57,150 nt of DNA from an uncultured Candidatus Binatia bacterium (lineage in GTDB: Bacteria; Desulfobacterota; Binatia; UBA1149), in NCBI GenBank assembly GCA_963579235.1, contig CAUZFM010000002.1, forward strand, positions 1 to 57,150. The letters run 5' to 3'. Numbering within the stretch: position 1 is the first letter of the stretch; each line of letters starts with the position of its first letter. The notes beneath the pieces were generated by a model. That model was not told the origin of the DNA, searched no databases, and saw only the letters and a program-made list of their open reading frames with translations. Both the position numbers and the translations under genes were made by a program. Below, in pieces: positions 1 through 10,800 of this stretch.

Positions 1-1161
1 TACCGAACGGTCGCAGTATTCCACGCCGTACTTGTCCAGGATCTTTACGGCGTCGGCCTCCCACGCACCGGGCACGCGAAAGATAGTGATCTTGTCGGCG
101 GGCTCGAAGCCCATCTCGATCACACCTTTTATGACGCCGCGGGCCACGAGGTCGGCGCGCGTGTTGGACACCACGTTGGACATCACGGCTATCTTGTCGA
201 CACCGGGCTTGCCCAGCACCAGCTTGGTGAGTGCCACGGCCTTGGCCACGCTGGGGTTGCCGCCTATCGCCGCGTAGTTGGCCGGATCGCCGCCCGCCTT
301 GCGCACCGCATCGGTAAGCGTCAGCGAACCGCCGCCCGCACCGATGACCAGCCCCACGTTGCCGCCGAACTCGACGACCGGGCCGATGATGCCACGCGGG
401 TCGTCGTCGTCGATCTTCTTGCCGGCCAGCTCAAACGCGGTGGGCGCGCGCACCGAGCGGGTGTCTTCCTCGCCCACGCCGAACTCGGCGAGCAGTTCTT
501 TCTGCCGATACTTGGCCTCGACTTCCATGTCCGAAAAACAATCGACCGCCAGCAAGCTGCCGTCTTCGAGCCGGGCCAGGGTCTGTATGTCGGCCTGGGT
601 AAGATCGTAGTCGAGAAACAAGCGCGCCAGGCGGGCAATGACGCCGGCCATGCGGTTGAGTTCCGAACCGTTCAGGCCCAGGCCCGCGGCTACTTCCTTG
701 GCGACGTAATCCGAGAACGGCACCAGCGCCGAAAAGTGTCTCGAGACCACGCGGTCGGGATGCGCCTCGGCGATGTCCTCGATATTGCCCGCCATGTCGG
801 CTGCGAGCAGAAGCGGCTGCTTGGCCGTTCCGTCGTAGCTTATCGACAGCGAGTACTCGGCGGTGGTCGCGTGGACCTTCTCAACGAGTACGCCCCTGGG
901 GCCGCGTCCGCCGTCGTCGATCTTGAGTAGCTCCTCGGTGGCGGTGGCCGCCTGCTCGGGGCTGTCGACCGCCTGCGATTCGTCAGCCCTGCTCGCGCCA
1001 GCCTTCGAGCCCACCAGCAGCTGGGCCTTTACGATTACCGCGCCGCCCAGTTCCTGGGCAGCACTAGCTGCCTCCCCGGCGTTGGCAGCCCTGCTGCCCT
1101 CGGGCACCGGGATACCTCGCCTGGCCAGAATTGTCTTGGTTTCAAACTCGTAAAAACGCAT
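1..1161 (-). CDS. Succinyl-CoA synthetase beta-subunit-like ATP-grasp protein (ADP-forming acyl-CoA ligase beta chain, possibly malate--CoA ligase); C-terminus runs off the left edge
   Basis: Absent from the ORF track because there is no stop in the window. Reverse translation from ATG (complement of 1159-1161) gives MRFYEFETKTILARRGIPVP... through ...NVGLVIGAGGGSLTLTDAVRKAGGDPANYAAIGGNP...RVPGAWEADAVKILDKYGVEYCDRSV, a SucC-type layout. The frame stays open to base 1. It lies directly downstream of malyl-CoA lyase. The usual GGRGKAGGV motif is divergent. Confidence 0.6.
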   Translation of the reverse strand, partial: MRFYEFETKTILARRGIPVPEGSRAANAGEAASAAQELGGAVIVKAQLLVGSKAGASRADESQAVDSPEQAATATEELLKIDDGGRGPRGVLVEKVHATTAEYSLSISYDGTAKQPLLLAADMAGNIEDIAEAHPDRVVSRHFSALVPFSDYVAKEVAAGLGLNGSELNRMAGVIARLARLFLDYDLTQADIQTLARLEDGSLLAVDCFSDMEVEAKYRQKELLAEFGVGEEDTRSVRAPTAFELAGKKIDDDDPRGIIGPVVEFGGNVGLVIGAGGGSLTLTDAVRKAGGDPANYAAIGGNPSVAKAVALTKLVLGKPGVDKIAVMSNVVSNTRADLVARGVIKGVIEMGFEPADKITIFRVPGAWEADAVKILDKYGVEYCDRSV

Positions 1162-1297
1162 ATCAGAGAACCACCTCCTGGGTCGTGCCCAGTCGCAGGG
1201 TCGGTCGAGCGGTCAGTCAATCCGGCGCTCGAAAGCAACGGGGTTTTTAGCCTTTTCCCCCACGCATTTCAACGTCAGCAGCCCCGCTGCAATAGCT

Positions 1298-2347
1298 TCA
1301 GAATCCGTAGGCCTCGGTCAACTCCTCGTCGCCCTCGGCCAGCGAGCGGGCAAGATCGACCATGACCTGGCACTGCTTGAAGGTCGCGTCGTCCTGCATC
1401 TTGCCGTCTATCATGACCGCGCCCGTGCCGTCGCCCATCTCGTCGATGACCCGGCGCGCCCACTTCACCTCGTCGGCCGGCGGACTGAACACCTTGCGGG
1501 CTATCCCAATCTGCACCGGGTGCAGGCTCCACGCGCCCACGCAGCCCATGAGAAAGGCGTTTCGAAACTGGTCCTCGCAGGCGACGGTGTCCTTGATGTC
1601 CCCGAAGGGCCCGTAGTAAGGAAGTATGCCGTGCGCTGCGCAGGCATCGACCATGCGCGCGATGGTGTAGTGCCACAGGTCTTGCTGCGCGGTCGGGCGC
1701 GGCGCGTCCTCGTTGGCCGCGTCGGGGTCCGCCCTCACTATATAGCCGGGGTGTCCTCCGCCCACGCGCGTGGTCTTCATCCGCCTGGAAGCGGCAAGAT
1801 CAGCCGGGCCCAACGACAGCCCCTGCATGCGTGGGCTGGCTCCGCATATCTCTTCGACATTGGCCACACCGGTGGCCGTCTCGAGTATGGCGTGAAACAA
1901 TATGGGACGCTTGAGCCCCGCGCGGGCTTCGAGCTGGGCCACCAGGCGGTCCATGTAGTGAATGTCCCAGGCGCCCTCGACCTTGGGAATCATTATGACG
2001 TCGAGTTTGTCGCCGATTTCGCCGACAAGGCGGGTGACGTCGTCCAGGGCCCAGGGGGAGTCGAGGCTGTTGATGCGGGTCCACAACTGGCAGTTGCCGA
2101 AGTCCGTGTTGCGACCGATCGTGACCAGGCCTTCGCGGGCGGCTTCCTTGTTGTCGGCCGCTATCGCGTCTTCGAGATTGCCGAGCACGACGTCGCACTT
2201 TTTCGCGATGTCGGGCACCTTGGCCGCCATCTTAGGGTTGCTCGGGTCAAAGAAATGTATCATCCGCGAGGGACGAAACGGCACCTCGCGCAGCGGCTCG
2301 GGCGCGCCGAGGGCCAGTGGCTGAAAAAAGTCTTTTGCGCTGCGCAT
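1298..2347 (-). CDS. mcl: L-malyl-CoA/beta-methylmalyl-CoA lyase (HpcH/CitE-like aldolase family)
   Basis: 349 aa. Long collinear similarity to my recollection of Chloroflexus Mcl ([99 protein letters not shown]). AGGAGG lies 9 nt upstream of the ATG. Confidence 0.85.
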   Translation of the reverse strand: MRSAKDFFQPLALGAPEPLREVPFRPSRMIHFFDPSNPKMAAKVPDIAKKCDVVLGNLEDAIAADNKEAAREGLVTIGRNTDFGNCQLWTRINSLDSPWALDDVTRLVGEIGDKLDVIMIPKVEGAWDIHYMDRLVAQLEARAGLKRPILFHAILETATGVANVEEICGASPRMQGLSLGPADLAASRRMKTTRVGGGHPGYIVRADPDAANEDAPRPTAQQDLWHYTIARMVDACAAHGILPYYGPFGDIKDTVACEDQFRNAFLMGCVGAWSLHPVQIGIARKVFSPPADEVKWARRVIDEMGDGTGAVMIDGKMQDDATFKQCQVMVDLARSLAEGDEELTEAYGF

Positions 2348-2535
2348 ACGCCGGTTTCCTCCTGCAAACGACCCGTGGTGGTCGACCTGAACCTCTCTAA
2401 CTACCCCGTTTATCGTGTATTTTACAATTGGCGGTTAGAGGCCGGCCGCAACGCTCCTTTACTGACGCGAGCGCACCAGCGGCCCGCTTCCACCAACTCA
2501 AGCGCGGCGCTAGTTTGACCGCAGAGTCCTGCACC

Positions 2536-3441
2536 ATGAAATTTGAAAGCCTGATCTACGAAACCGAAGGGGCTGTTGCCGCCATTACCCTGAACCGCCC
2601 CGACGAGCTCAACACCATCGTCCCGCCCATGCCCGACGAGATCGAACAGGCCGTCGCGTGCGCCAACGCGGACCCCGACGTGCGCGTGATCGTGTTGCGC
2701 GGCGCTGGGCGCGCCTTCTGCGCAGGCTTCGACTTCGCCGACAACATGGCTGCCTGGAAAGGCCTGGTGGGCACAGGCGGCAGCTGGGACCCAGGCCGCG
2801 ACATGATAGGCGTGACCAGCCCGCACACCGGACCCGTGCCCAAGTTCATGAGCCTGTGGCGCAGCCCCAAGCCCGTGATCGCGCAGGTACACGGCTGGTG
2901 TGTTGGCGGCGGCTCCGACATGGCCCTGTGCGCCGACCTGGTGATCGCCAGCGACGACGCGCGCATCGGCACACCCTACTCGCGCGCGTGGGGCTGCTAC
3001 CTCACGGGCATGTGGATCTACCGGCTGGGCCTGACCCGCGCCAAGGAACACGCGCTTACCGGCAGACCGTTGTCGGGCAGCCGGGCGGCCGAAATCGGCC
3101 TCATCAACCGCGCGGTGCCCTTTGCCGATCTTGAAAAAACCGTCATGGACGAGGCCCGCGCGATCGCCACGCTGCCGCCGGCGCAACTCGCGGCCATGAA
3201 GATGGTCGTCAACCAGGCCTACGAAAACATGGGCCTGGCCGGCACGCAGTTGCTCGGACCGATACTCGACGGCTACATGCGCAATATTCCCGAGTCGCTC
3301 GACTTTCTCGAAACCGCCGCCCGCGACGGCGTGGGCGCAGCCGTGGCCGATCGCGACGGTCCCTGGGGCGACTACAGCCAGGCCGCCGCTGAGGACAAGC
3401 CGAACCCGAAGAACACCGTGTCGCCAAGAGCGTTCGGCTGA
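2536..3441 (+). CDS. Enoyl-CoA hydratase/isomerase (crotonase) family protein
   Basis: Trimmed from ORF 2428..3441 to ATG 2536 (MKFESLIYETEGAVAAITLNRPDELN). Oxyanion-hole type motifs are RGAGRAFCAGFDF and VHGWCVGGGSDMAL. Confidence 0.8.
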   Translation: MKFESLIYETEGAVAAITLNRPDELNTIVPPMPDEIEQAVACANADPDVRVIVLRGAGRAFCAGFDFADNMAAWKGLVGTGGSWDPGRDMIGVTSPHTGPVPKFMSLWRSPKPVIAQVHGWCVGGGSDMALCADLVIASDDARIGTPYSRAWGCYLTGMWIYRLGLTRAKEHALTGRPLSGSRAAEIGLINRAVPFADLEKTVMDEARAIATLPPAQLAAMKMVVNQAYENMGLAGTQLLGPILDGYMRNIPESLDFLETAARDGVGAAVADRDGPWGDYSQAAAEDKPNPKNTVSPRAFG

Positions 3442-3450
3442 AGGGCCGGC

Positions 3451-4341
3451 TCAGGCCAGGCCACCGTTGAGCGGCAGGCCGGCCTCGCACGCGGCCGAAA
3501 GCGCGGCCTGCATAGCGTTGCTCGCGGCGTCGAGTTCGGGCACGAGGCAGGCCACCACGGTGCGATCAACACCCGCCTCGGCGTAAGCCGACAACAGCGC
3601 CGGGTCGGCCGTCCCCACACAGGTGATCTCCACGCGGGCCGGGTCGCGGCCGGCCACCTTGGCGGCATCGTTCAAGACCTTGCGCAGCTCGCCCAGGCGC
3701 TGCATCGAAACGCCCAGGGGAAAAAACCCGTCGCCGTAACGACCGGCCCTGCGCGCGGCCGCCTCGCTGTGACCGCCGATGACCAGCGGTACACCGCCTT
3801 TCTGCACCGGACGCGGACGGCTCACCACCTGGTCAAAATCGTAGAAACTGCCGTGGTAAGACGCCGTTGCTTCTTCGCTCCAGAGTTCACGCATGACCTC
3901 GATGCACTCGTCGGCGCGACGTCCGCGGGTACCGAAGTCGCTGCCCAGGGCCTCGGCCTCTTCTCGTACCCAGCCCACGCCGAAGCCGGCCACCAGGCGG
4001 CCGCCCGACAACCGGTCAAGCGTGGCAAGCTCCTTGGCAAGTATGAGTGGGTTGCGCTGCGGCAGTATCATCACGCCGGTGGCCAGGCGCAGGGTCTCGG
4101 TGTGAGCGGCAGCCCAGGCCAGCCAGAGCAGCGGGTCGGGTTGCGCCACGTTCTCGTTAAAAGGCGAGCGGCCCGAGCGATCGTAGGGGTAGCGCGAAGT
4201 GTAGTCGGGGCACATCACCGTGTGCTCGACCACCCACACCGACTCCATTCCAGCCTGCTCAGCCGCGCGACAGAAATCGCCCGCGAACACTGGATCCTCG
4301 ACCGCGGCCATGCCGTAAGGCGGAATCACTCCAAACTTCAT
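3451..4341 (-). CDS. Luciferase-like (LLM class) flavin/F420-dependent oxidoreductase
   Basis: 296 aa with typical LLM features (MKFGVIPPY..., VWVVEH, LATLDRLSGGRLVAGFGVGW, GGVPLVIGGHSEAAARRAGRYGDGFFP). F420 versus FMN cannot be decided by eye. Confidence 0.8.
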   Translation of the reverse strand: MKFGVIPPYGMAAVEDPVFAGDFCRAAEQAGMESVWVVEHTVMCPDYTSRYPYDRSGRSPFNENVAQPDPLLWLAWAAAHTETLRLATGVMILPQRNPLILAKELATLDRLSGGRLVAGFGVGWVREEAEALGSDFGTRGRRADECIEVMRELWSEEATASYHGSFYDFDQVVSRPRPVQKGGVPLVIGGHSEAAARRAGRYGDGFFPLGVSMQRLGELRKVLNDAAKVAGRDPARVEITCVGTADPALLSAYAEAGVDRTVVACLVPELDAASNAMQAALSAACEAGLPLNGGLA

Positions 4342-4375
4342 GCCCCACTACAGGCCACCCCCCCACCGGCCAGTC

Positions 4376-4415
4376 AAGAAGGAGGATACGTTCTAATAAG
4401 GTTAATAGTACCAGG
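4376..4415 (-). promoter_or_regulatory. Conserved 40-nt leader/operator motif, copy 1 (upstream of the LLM gene 3451..4341)
   Basis: The reverse complement reads cctggtactattaaccttattagaacgtatcctccttctt. It matches 31 of 40 positions, ungapped, with 5951-5990. Confidence 0.45.
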
Positions 4416-4456
4416 TCTTCCCCGTTGGCTTTCAGATGATCGGAGCGTATCCCGCT

Positions 4457-5197
4457 TCAGGAGAGGCCGCCGTTGAGTGGCAGCACCTGGCCGGTCATCC
4501 ACGCGGCCTCGTCCGAGACGAGGTAGAGCAGCAATGCCACCACGTCGTCGGCGCTGCCCGCGCGCGGCACCGGGTAACGCGCAAAGTAGTCGTCGGGCAA
4601 CGGCAGGTTGTCGAGCTCTCCCAACGATATGCAGTTGGCCGTAACACCGTCGGGTCCCAGCTCGCTCGCCAGTTGGCGCATAAAACCGATGGCCCCCGCC
4701 TTGCCCGCAGCGTACATAGAAATGCCGTAGTCGGTGCCCATGCGCCAGGCCTCCGACGAGATGGTGACCACGCGCCCCCATCCCCGTTCTTTCATCGCCG
4801 GCGCAAAAGCGTGGCAGCAGTGCAGTACTCCATAGAGGTTCACGCGCAGGAAGGGCTCCCAGTCGGAGGGTTGGCTGTCAACGAACTTGAACGCCGGAAA
4901 GGTACCGGGGATGCCCGCGTTGTTGACCAGCAGGTCGGTCGGCCCGAGTTCTTTTTCGACGGCAGCCGCCATCTCCAGCACGGCCGCGTGCTGGCCCACG
5001 TCGGCGGCAAAGGCCGAGGCCCGGCCGCCGGCGTCGTTGATCAAGGCCGCGGTTTCTTCGGCGCGCTCGGCCACGATGTCGTTCACCGCCACCGAGGCAC
5101 CGTGTCCCGCAAGCGCCTCGGCCATGGCTCGGCCTATTCCCCGGCCGGCCCCGGTAACCACTGCTGTCCTGCCGTCAAGCGTGCCCATAATGGGCAA
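4457..5197 (-). CDS. SDR family oxidoreductase (FabG-like)
   Basis: 246 aa with TGAGRGIG cofactor motif, NNAG, and the YAAGKAG catalytic Tyr/Lys motif. Confidence 0.85.
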   Translation of the reverse strand: MPIMGTLDGRTAVVTGAGRGIGRAMAEALAGHGASVAVNDIVAERAEETAALINDAGGRASAFAADVGQHAAVLEMAAAVEKELGPTDLLVNNAGIPGTFPAFKFVDSQPSDWEPFLRVNLYGVLHCCHAFAPAMKERGWGRVVTISSEAWRMGTDYGISMYAAGKAGAIGFMRQLASELGPDGVTANCISLGELDNLPLPDDYFARYPVPRAGSADDVVALLLYLVSDEAAWMTGQVLPLNGGLS

Positions 5198-5280
5198 TGC
5201 TAACGGCGGCGGGCAGCTGTAGCCACCGTGCGCCCGCGGCCCGCGTTGAGCCTTGGCGCCGGCTGGGCTAACTTGCGCGC

Positions 5281-5889
5281 ATGATCGCCTGTCTGGACCT
5301 CGAAGGGGTGCTGGTGCCCGAAATCTGGATCAACGTTGCCGAGCGCACCGGTATCGACGAGCTGCGGCGCACCACCCGCGACGAGCCCGACTACGACGTA
5401 CTCATGCGCTACCGGCTCGACATTCTCGACCGCGAGGGCATCACCCTCCCGCAGATACAGGAGGTGATAGCCGGCATGGGGCCGCTCGAAGGCGCCGGTG
5501 AGTTCGTTGACTGGCTGCGCGAGCGAGCGCAGGTGATCATCCTGTCGGACACCTTTTACCAGTTTGCGCAGCCGCTGATGCGGCAGCTCGATTTTCCCTG
5601 CCTGTTCTGTCACCGGCTGGAGGTGGAGCCCGAAGGCCGCATCTCGGGCTACACCCTGCGCCTGGACGACGGCAAGCGACGCGCCGTGCGCGCGCTGCGC
5701 GAACTCAACTTTCGCGTGGTGGCGGCCGGTGATTCATACAACGACACCACCATGCTCACCGAGGCCGACGCAGGCATACTCTTCTGCCCGCCGCAGAACG
5801 TGGTCGACGACTTTCCGCAGTTCCCGGTCACCAGCGACTACCAACAACTGCGCGAAGCCTTCGTGGCTGCCTCCGCCAACGAGCTCTGA
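5281..5889 (+). CDS. thrH: Bifunctional phosphoserine phosphatase / homoserine phosphotransferase ThrH (HAD superfamily)
   Basis: 202 aa, near full-length collinear with my recollection of Pseudomonas ThrH ([68 protein letters not shown]). Confidence 0.85.
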   Translation: MIACLDLEGVLVPEIWINVAERTGIDELRRTTRDEPDYDVLMRYRLDILDREGITLPQIQEVIAGMGPLEGAGEFVDWLRERAQVIILSDTFYQFAQPLMRQLDFPCLFCHRLEVEPEGRISGYTLRLDDGKRRAVRALRELNFRVVAAGDSYNDTTMLTEADAGILFCPPQNVVDDFPQFPVTSDYQQLREAFVAASANEL

Positions 5890-5893
5890 ACAA

Positions 5894-5908
5894 GGGGGCC
5901 AGGCCCCC
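5894..5908 (+). terminator. GC palindrome GGGGGCC-A-GGCCCCC after the thrH stop (weak terminator candidate)
   Basis: Perfect palindrome 5 nt after the stop. No T-tract follows. Confidence 0.25.
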
Positions 5909-5950
5909 CTGGGCCTTAAAGCACCGGGGTTGCTCGGCTGGCGAAGCTAC

Positions 5951-5990
5951 CCTGGGACCTTTAACATAAAAGGAACGTATCCTCCTTGTT
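5951..5990 (+). promoter_or_regulatory. Conserved 40-nt leader/operator motif, copy 2 (upstream of the acyl-CoA ligase gene)
   Basis: cctgggacctttaacataaaaggaacgtatcctccttgtt. It shares an exact 15-nt core, GAACGTATCCTCCTT, with copy 1. Confidence 0.45.
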
Positions 5991-7503
5991 GTATGAGCTT
6001 GCCAGGATGCGCGGCGACGAGGCCGCGCTCGACGACCTGACGGTCACCCGCTCCTGGGCTGAACTGGCCGACAGGGCCACGCGCATGGCCCGCCTCCTGA
6101 GCGGCGAGCTGGGCCTCGAGCCCGGCGACAGGGTGGCCACGCTCATGTTCAACCGCGGCGAGTGCCTCGAGCTTGTGCTCGCCTCCTGGTTGGCCGGCCT
6201 GTGGCTGACTCCCATCAATCATCACCTGCTGGCCGATGAGATCGACTACGTGCTGACCGACAGCGGCGCGCGCGTGGTGATCTGCGACGAGCAACATCGC
6301 GATGCCGCCTCGGCGGGCTGCGTTGACGCAGCCACCCTGCTGGTCGCCGGCGACGAGCTGGATGGGGCCATCAGCAGCGCCCCCGATCAGCCCTACCCGC
6401 CCGACTCGCCGATGGGCGGCACCATGATCTACACCAGCGGAACCACCGGCCGCCCACGCGGGGTAAAGCGCCATCGCCCTTCTACGCTGGCCGCGGGGCT
6501 GGAGGCGGCCGCGGCCTACGGACGACGCATACAGATGGACGGACGGGGGCGCCACCTCATCACCGGGCCTGCTTACCACGCGGCACCGCTGCTGTTTGCC
6601 GTCTACGACCTGCTCAACGGCGCTGCCGTGACCATGATGCCGCGATGGAACGAGCAGCGTTTCTTCGACCTGGTCGGCGAGCAGCAAGTGACCCACACCC
6701 ACCTCGTGCCCACCATGTTCGAGCGCCTGCTCGGCCTGCCCGACGAGCAGCGCGCGGCCTTCGATCCAACGCCGCTGGTCACGGTGCTGCACGGCGCCGC
6801 CCCGGTGTCGCCGGCCAGCAAGCAGCGCATGATCGCCTGGTGGGGCCCGCTGCTGCTGGAGTACTGGGGCGCCACCGAAAGCGGCGTCGTTACGCTGGTC
6901 GACTCGGCCGACTGGCAGCTCAAGCAGGGCACCGTCGGACGCACGGTAGAGGGCTGGCAGATCTTCGCAGGCAACGAGCAGGGAACGCCCCTGCCCGCCA
7001 ACCAAGAAGGCATACTGTACTGTCGCCGCCCCGACACCCCCCACTGGTTCGAGTACCACGGTGACCCCGACAAGACGCGCGCGGCCTTCGTTGACGCGCA
7101 CACCTTTCACCTGGGCGACATCGGCCTGGTCGATGAAGACGGCTACGCGTTCCTTCGCGACCGGCTGTCAAACACCATCATTTCAGGGGGAGTGAACATA
7201 TACCCCGCCGAAATCGAAAAGGTGCTGATCACCCACCCGCAGGTGACCGACGTGGCCGTGTTCGCCGTACCCGACCAGGAATGGGGCGAGGCCGTAATGG
7301 CTGCCGTGCAAACTCGAACCGGCACAAAGGGAAGCCCGGAACTGGCCGCCGAGCTCATCGATTTTGCCCGCGAAAAACTGGCTGCCTACAAGCTCCCGCG
7401 TAGAATCGAGTTCCACGACGAGTTGCCCAGGACCGACAGCGGCAAGCTCTACGTGCGCCGTCTGAAAGAACCCCACTGGAAAGACAGCGGCCGGAGGATA
7501 TAG
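5986..7503 (+). CDS. AMP-dependent acyl-CoA synthetase/ligase
   Basis: 505 aa with AMP-binding motifs MIYTSGTTGRPRGV, YWGATE, GDIG..DEDGY and SGKLYVRRL. The ORF-track start is TTG 5986. ATG 6007 (MRGDEAALDD) is at least as likely. Confidence 0.85.
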   Translation: MLYELARMRGDEAALDDLTVTRSWAELADRATRMARLLSGELGLEPGDRVATLMFNRGECLELVLASWLAGLWLTPINHHLLADEIDYVLTDSGARVVICDEQHRDAASAGCVDAATLLVAGDELDGAISSAPDQPYPPDSPMGGTMIYTSGTTGRPRGVKRHRPSTLAAGLEAAAAYGRRIQMDGRGRHLITGPAYHAAPLLFAVYDLLNGAAVTMMPRWNEQRFFDLVGEQQVTHTHLVPTMFERLLGLPDEQRAAFDPTPLVTVLHGAAPVSPASKQRMIAWWGPLLLEYWGATESGVVTLVDSADWQLKQGTVGRTVEGWQIFAGNEQGTPLPANQEGILYCRRPDTPHWFEYHGDPDKTRAAFVDAHTFHLGDIGLVDEDGYAFLRDRLSNTIISGGVNIYPAEIEKVLITHPQVTDVAVFAVPDQEWGEAVMAAVQTRTGTKGSPELAAELIDFAREKLAAYKLPRRIEFHDELPRTDSGKLYVRRLKEPHWKDSGRRI

Positions 7504-7837
7504 CGGCGGGCAAAAAGAATCCGGCCCGTCCGCCGTGGCTACCGCAAGGACCAGCTGAACGGTAACCCAGCGACGGACGAACCGGAAGGGGGAGCCTGCA
7601 CACGGTTTCCCCACCCTCGATAAAGCAATCAGCGTGCCACCTGCCACCAGCCTTGAAGCCAGTCGACAAGCGCCCGCTGCCCCGTATAAAACTTGCGTTT
7701 CGCCTACACCCGCTGAAGCGAACAGCCAACAGCAACGCAAAGCTGGGTTTGCGCCGCGCGCGCCTACCGCATACCGCTCTTAGCGGGAGCGTGGCCGAAC
7801 CCGGAACACGGGCCGACCGCCACAGGGGAGTAGTACA

Positions 7838-10800
7838 CTGATCGAACTGGAGGCCACCATTGTCTGCGCCGACCTTTCGGGGTTCACGCTTGCAGCGCGC
7901 GACCTCGACCCCGAACAGGTAACCGAGCTGGTCAACGGTTGTTTTGCTGGCATGGAAGACATTGCCAACGCCCACGGCGGCACCCCGCTGCAGTTTCTCG
8001 GCGACTGCATGCTGGCCGCGTTTCCCCATTCCGAACAGGCCGAGTCCGCCAACCGTCATGCGCTGGCCGCCGCCCTCGAGATGCTGGAGTGGATAAAACA
8101 ATCCGCACCCCTGTTTCCCGGCGGCAAAAGACCTGGCCTGCACATAGGCCTCGAGGCTGGACAGTTGCAGCTGGGGCGAACGCCGACCGGCGACCTGCTG
8201 CCCGCCGGTCAGTGCACGACAGCGGCCATGCGCCTGGAGGCGGCAGCTGAGACCGGCTCGGTACTCGTTGGCTCAACGGCCCGCCAACTGGCAGGCCGGG
8301 GTTTCAGTTTTTCACAGGCCGCCGACGACACGCCGCAGGGCTCGGCGCTGCTGGCGTCTGGCCGAACCAACGACCACGATACCCTGCCCGCTGGTATGCC
8401 CCGGCTACCCGAGTCCACGGCCGACGGGCACTTGCAGCACCAACGGCTGCAACAACGCCAACCCGAACGTCGGCAGGTGACCGTACTGTTCGCTGAACTG
8501 TGCCAGGCTTCCGCGCCCAGCGACGCGCAGATGCAGGTACTCACCCTGGCCGTACAGGCCGAGGGTGGTTACGTGGACAAGTTTACCGGCCGCACCATGA
8601 TGGCCCTGTTCGGTGCACCCGACGGACTCGAAGAAGCGCCCGCCCGCGCCGCGGCCGCGCTTGCCCGCCTGCTCAACAACGACGGAGCCGGTGCCATCAA
8701 ACCCGGTGCCATCAAACCCGGCGCCATACGAGCGGGCATGAACAGCGGACTGGTCGTGGCCGGCTTGGTAGGGGGCAACAACAGCCGCCAGTACACGGTG
8801 ATAGGCGACGCGGTCAACCTCGCTGCCCGGCTCAAGGACGCGGCCTCGCCGGGCGAACTCTACCTCGGAGAGCAGACCGCCTACCGACTGTCCGACCGTT
8901 TTCGCGTGAGCGCGCTTGCACCGTTGTCATTGCAGGGACAGGGCCGGACCGTGCAGGCCTACGCGCTCGATCCCTTGCGACCGCCGGGTAAAGGCAACGA
9001 TGCTGGATTTCGGAGGCGCAAGCTGCGCGCACCACTGGTCGGCCGCGACCAGGAACTCGCCGCCCTGCTCGGGGGAGTAAAGCAGGCCCACGCGGGCGAG
9101 GGCTCGGTGACGGTCGTGAGCGGTGAGGCGGGCCTGGGCAAGTCGCGCCTGCTCGAAGAGTTCAAGAGTGACCCCGCGCTGTCGGACTGCCTGCTGCTCG
9201 AAAGCCAGGCATCGCAAGGCAACTCGCGCCCCTTTGCGCTCGCGGCCGACCTGCTGCGCAAATGGTGTCAACTCAGCGGTAACGAGAGCAACGACGACGC
9301 GCTGACCCTGCTAAGCGCTGCGCTCGAGCGCAGCGATGGCCAACTCGAAACCGAGCTGCCCTCGTTCGCGACCCTGCTGGGAATACAGTACGCCGACGAA
9401 AACTCGCCGGGCTCGTCGCAGCCGGGCTCGTCAACACCTACGGGCGACGCGCTGAGAAAACGCCTGCAACTGGCGCTCTCACGACTGGCCACCGTACTGT
9501 CGGCGCAACGGCCACTGGTCATCGTGCTCGAGGACCTGCACTGGGCTGACCAGTCGAGCATCGAAATACTGGGCGGGCTGTTGACCGCGAGCCAGCGGGC
9601 TCCCGTGGTCACGATCATAACTACCCGCGAAGATTCGGCCGCTGCGCTCACTGGCAGCAAAACCCACAAGCGCAGCTCGCAGCTCGCCCTCTCACCGCTT
9701 GACGACAACGACCTTGACCGACTGGTCACGGGCCTGCTGGGGACAGCCGGCCTGCCGATAGCCCTGCGCCGACGAATCCGCGCCAACGCCGAGGGCAACC
9801 CCTTCTACGTCGAAGAGGTACTCAGGTCGTTCATCGACCAGGGCGCCCTCGTGCAAGCGCGCGACGGCTGGCAGACCACCGCGGCGATCAACGAAGTAGA
9901 CGTTCCCGATTCGGTGCAGGGCGTGGTGCTCGCCCGCGTGGACGCGATGGACGACCAGGCCCGCGAAATACTGCAGGCCGCCTCGGTGATCGGCCGTCAT
10001 TTTTATCACCGATTACTTCTCGGCACTGTCGAGGACTCGGGCGAGCTCGACACCGCCCTCGCCCGCCTCGAGGACATGCAACTGGTGGGCAGCAGCATGT
10101 CCTCTCGTACCGGCAGCGTTGCCCGGCGTGCCGATACCGCCGAGCGCGAGTACTATTTTCACCACCAGGTCGCGCAGCAGACCGTGTACCAGTCCCTCCT
10201 CAAGGGCCGACGGCGCGACATGCACGCGCGCGTGGCCGGCGCCATCGAAAAAGTTTTCGAGCAACGGCTCGACGACTTCGAAGCCGAGCTGGCTTTTCAC
10301 TGGGGCCAGGCCGAACAAGCCGACAAGGCCGAGTACTACCTGTTTCGCGCAGGCGACAACGCCGCCCGCTCGGCCGCCTCGGCCGAAGCGCTCGCCCATT
10401 TTCGCGAAGCGTCGCGGCTGTACCTGCAACAACACGGCAAGGGTGGCGATCGCGCACGCAAGGCGCTACTCGAAAAGAACATCGGCCTCGCGCTGCTCAA
10501 CACCGGCGACCATCACGAGTGTATAGAGCACTTCGATGCTTCGCTGGCGTGGCGGGGTCGTTCTTCTTCGCTGCGAACCGGCACTGCAGGCCTTCTGCAG
10601 GCCGGCGGTGCCCTGGCGCGCACCTGGCTGACGCTCGGCCGTCGGCGCGGCAACGCGGCCGCCGACAAGGCCGGATCCGCGTCTCCCAGCGCGGCCGAAC
10701 TCGAAGGACTCGAAGCCGAGGTCATGCGCGCCCAGGCCCTGGTCAACGTCGACCCACAGCGGGCGTTTACCGCGGCCCTTTCGGTGGTCGGACGACTCGA

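Noticed and set aside
2394-2441. Inverted repeat TCTCTAAC...GTTAGAGG flanking an AT-rich 32-nt core in the mcl/crotonase divergent region, with TACAAT and TAAAAT -10-like hexamers
   Set aside because: No acceptable -35 partner exists for either hexamer. The arms are short (7 of 8) and widely spaced. It is noted, but I cannot support a specific function.
5947-7110. Long antisense or alternate-frame ORFs throughout the track (for example 5947..7110 -, 16084..17022 -, 38128..39447 -, 42755..44125 -, 48106..49185 -, 20244..21134 +, 39921..41315 +)
   Set aside because: They overlap ORFs with clear family motifs. Their translations are Arg/Pro/Gly/Ala-rich low-complexity strings typical of non-coding frames in high-GC DNA, and none shows a recognisable motif.
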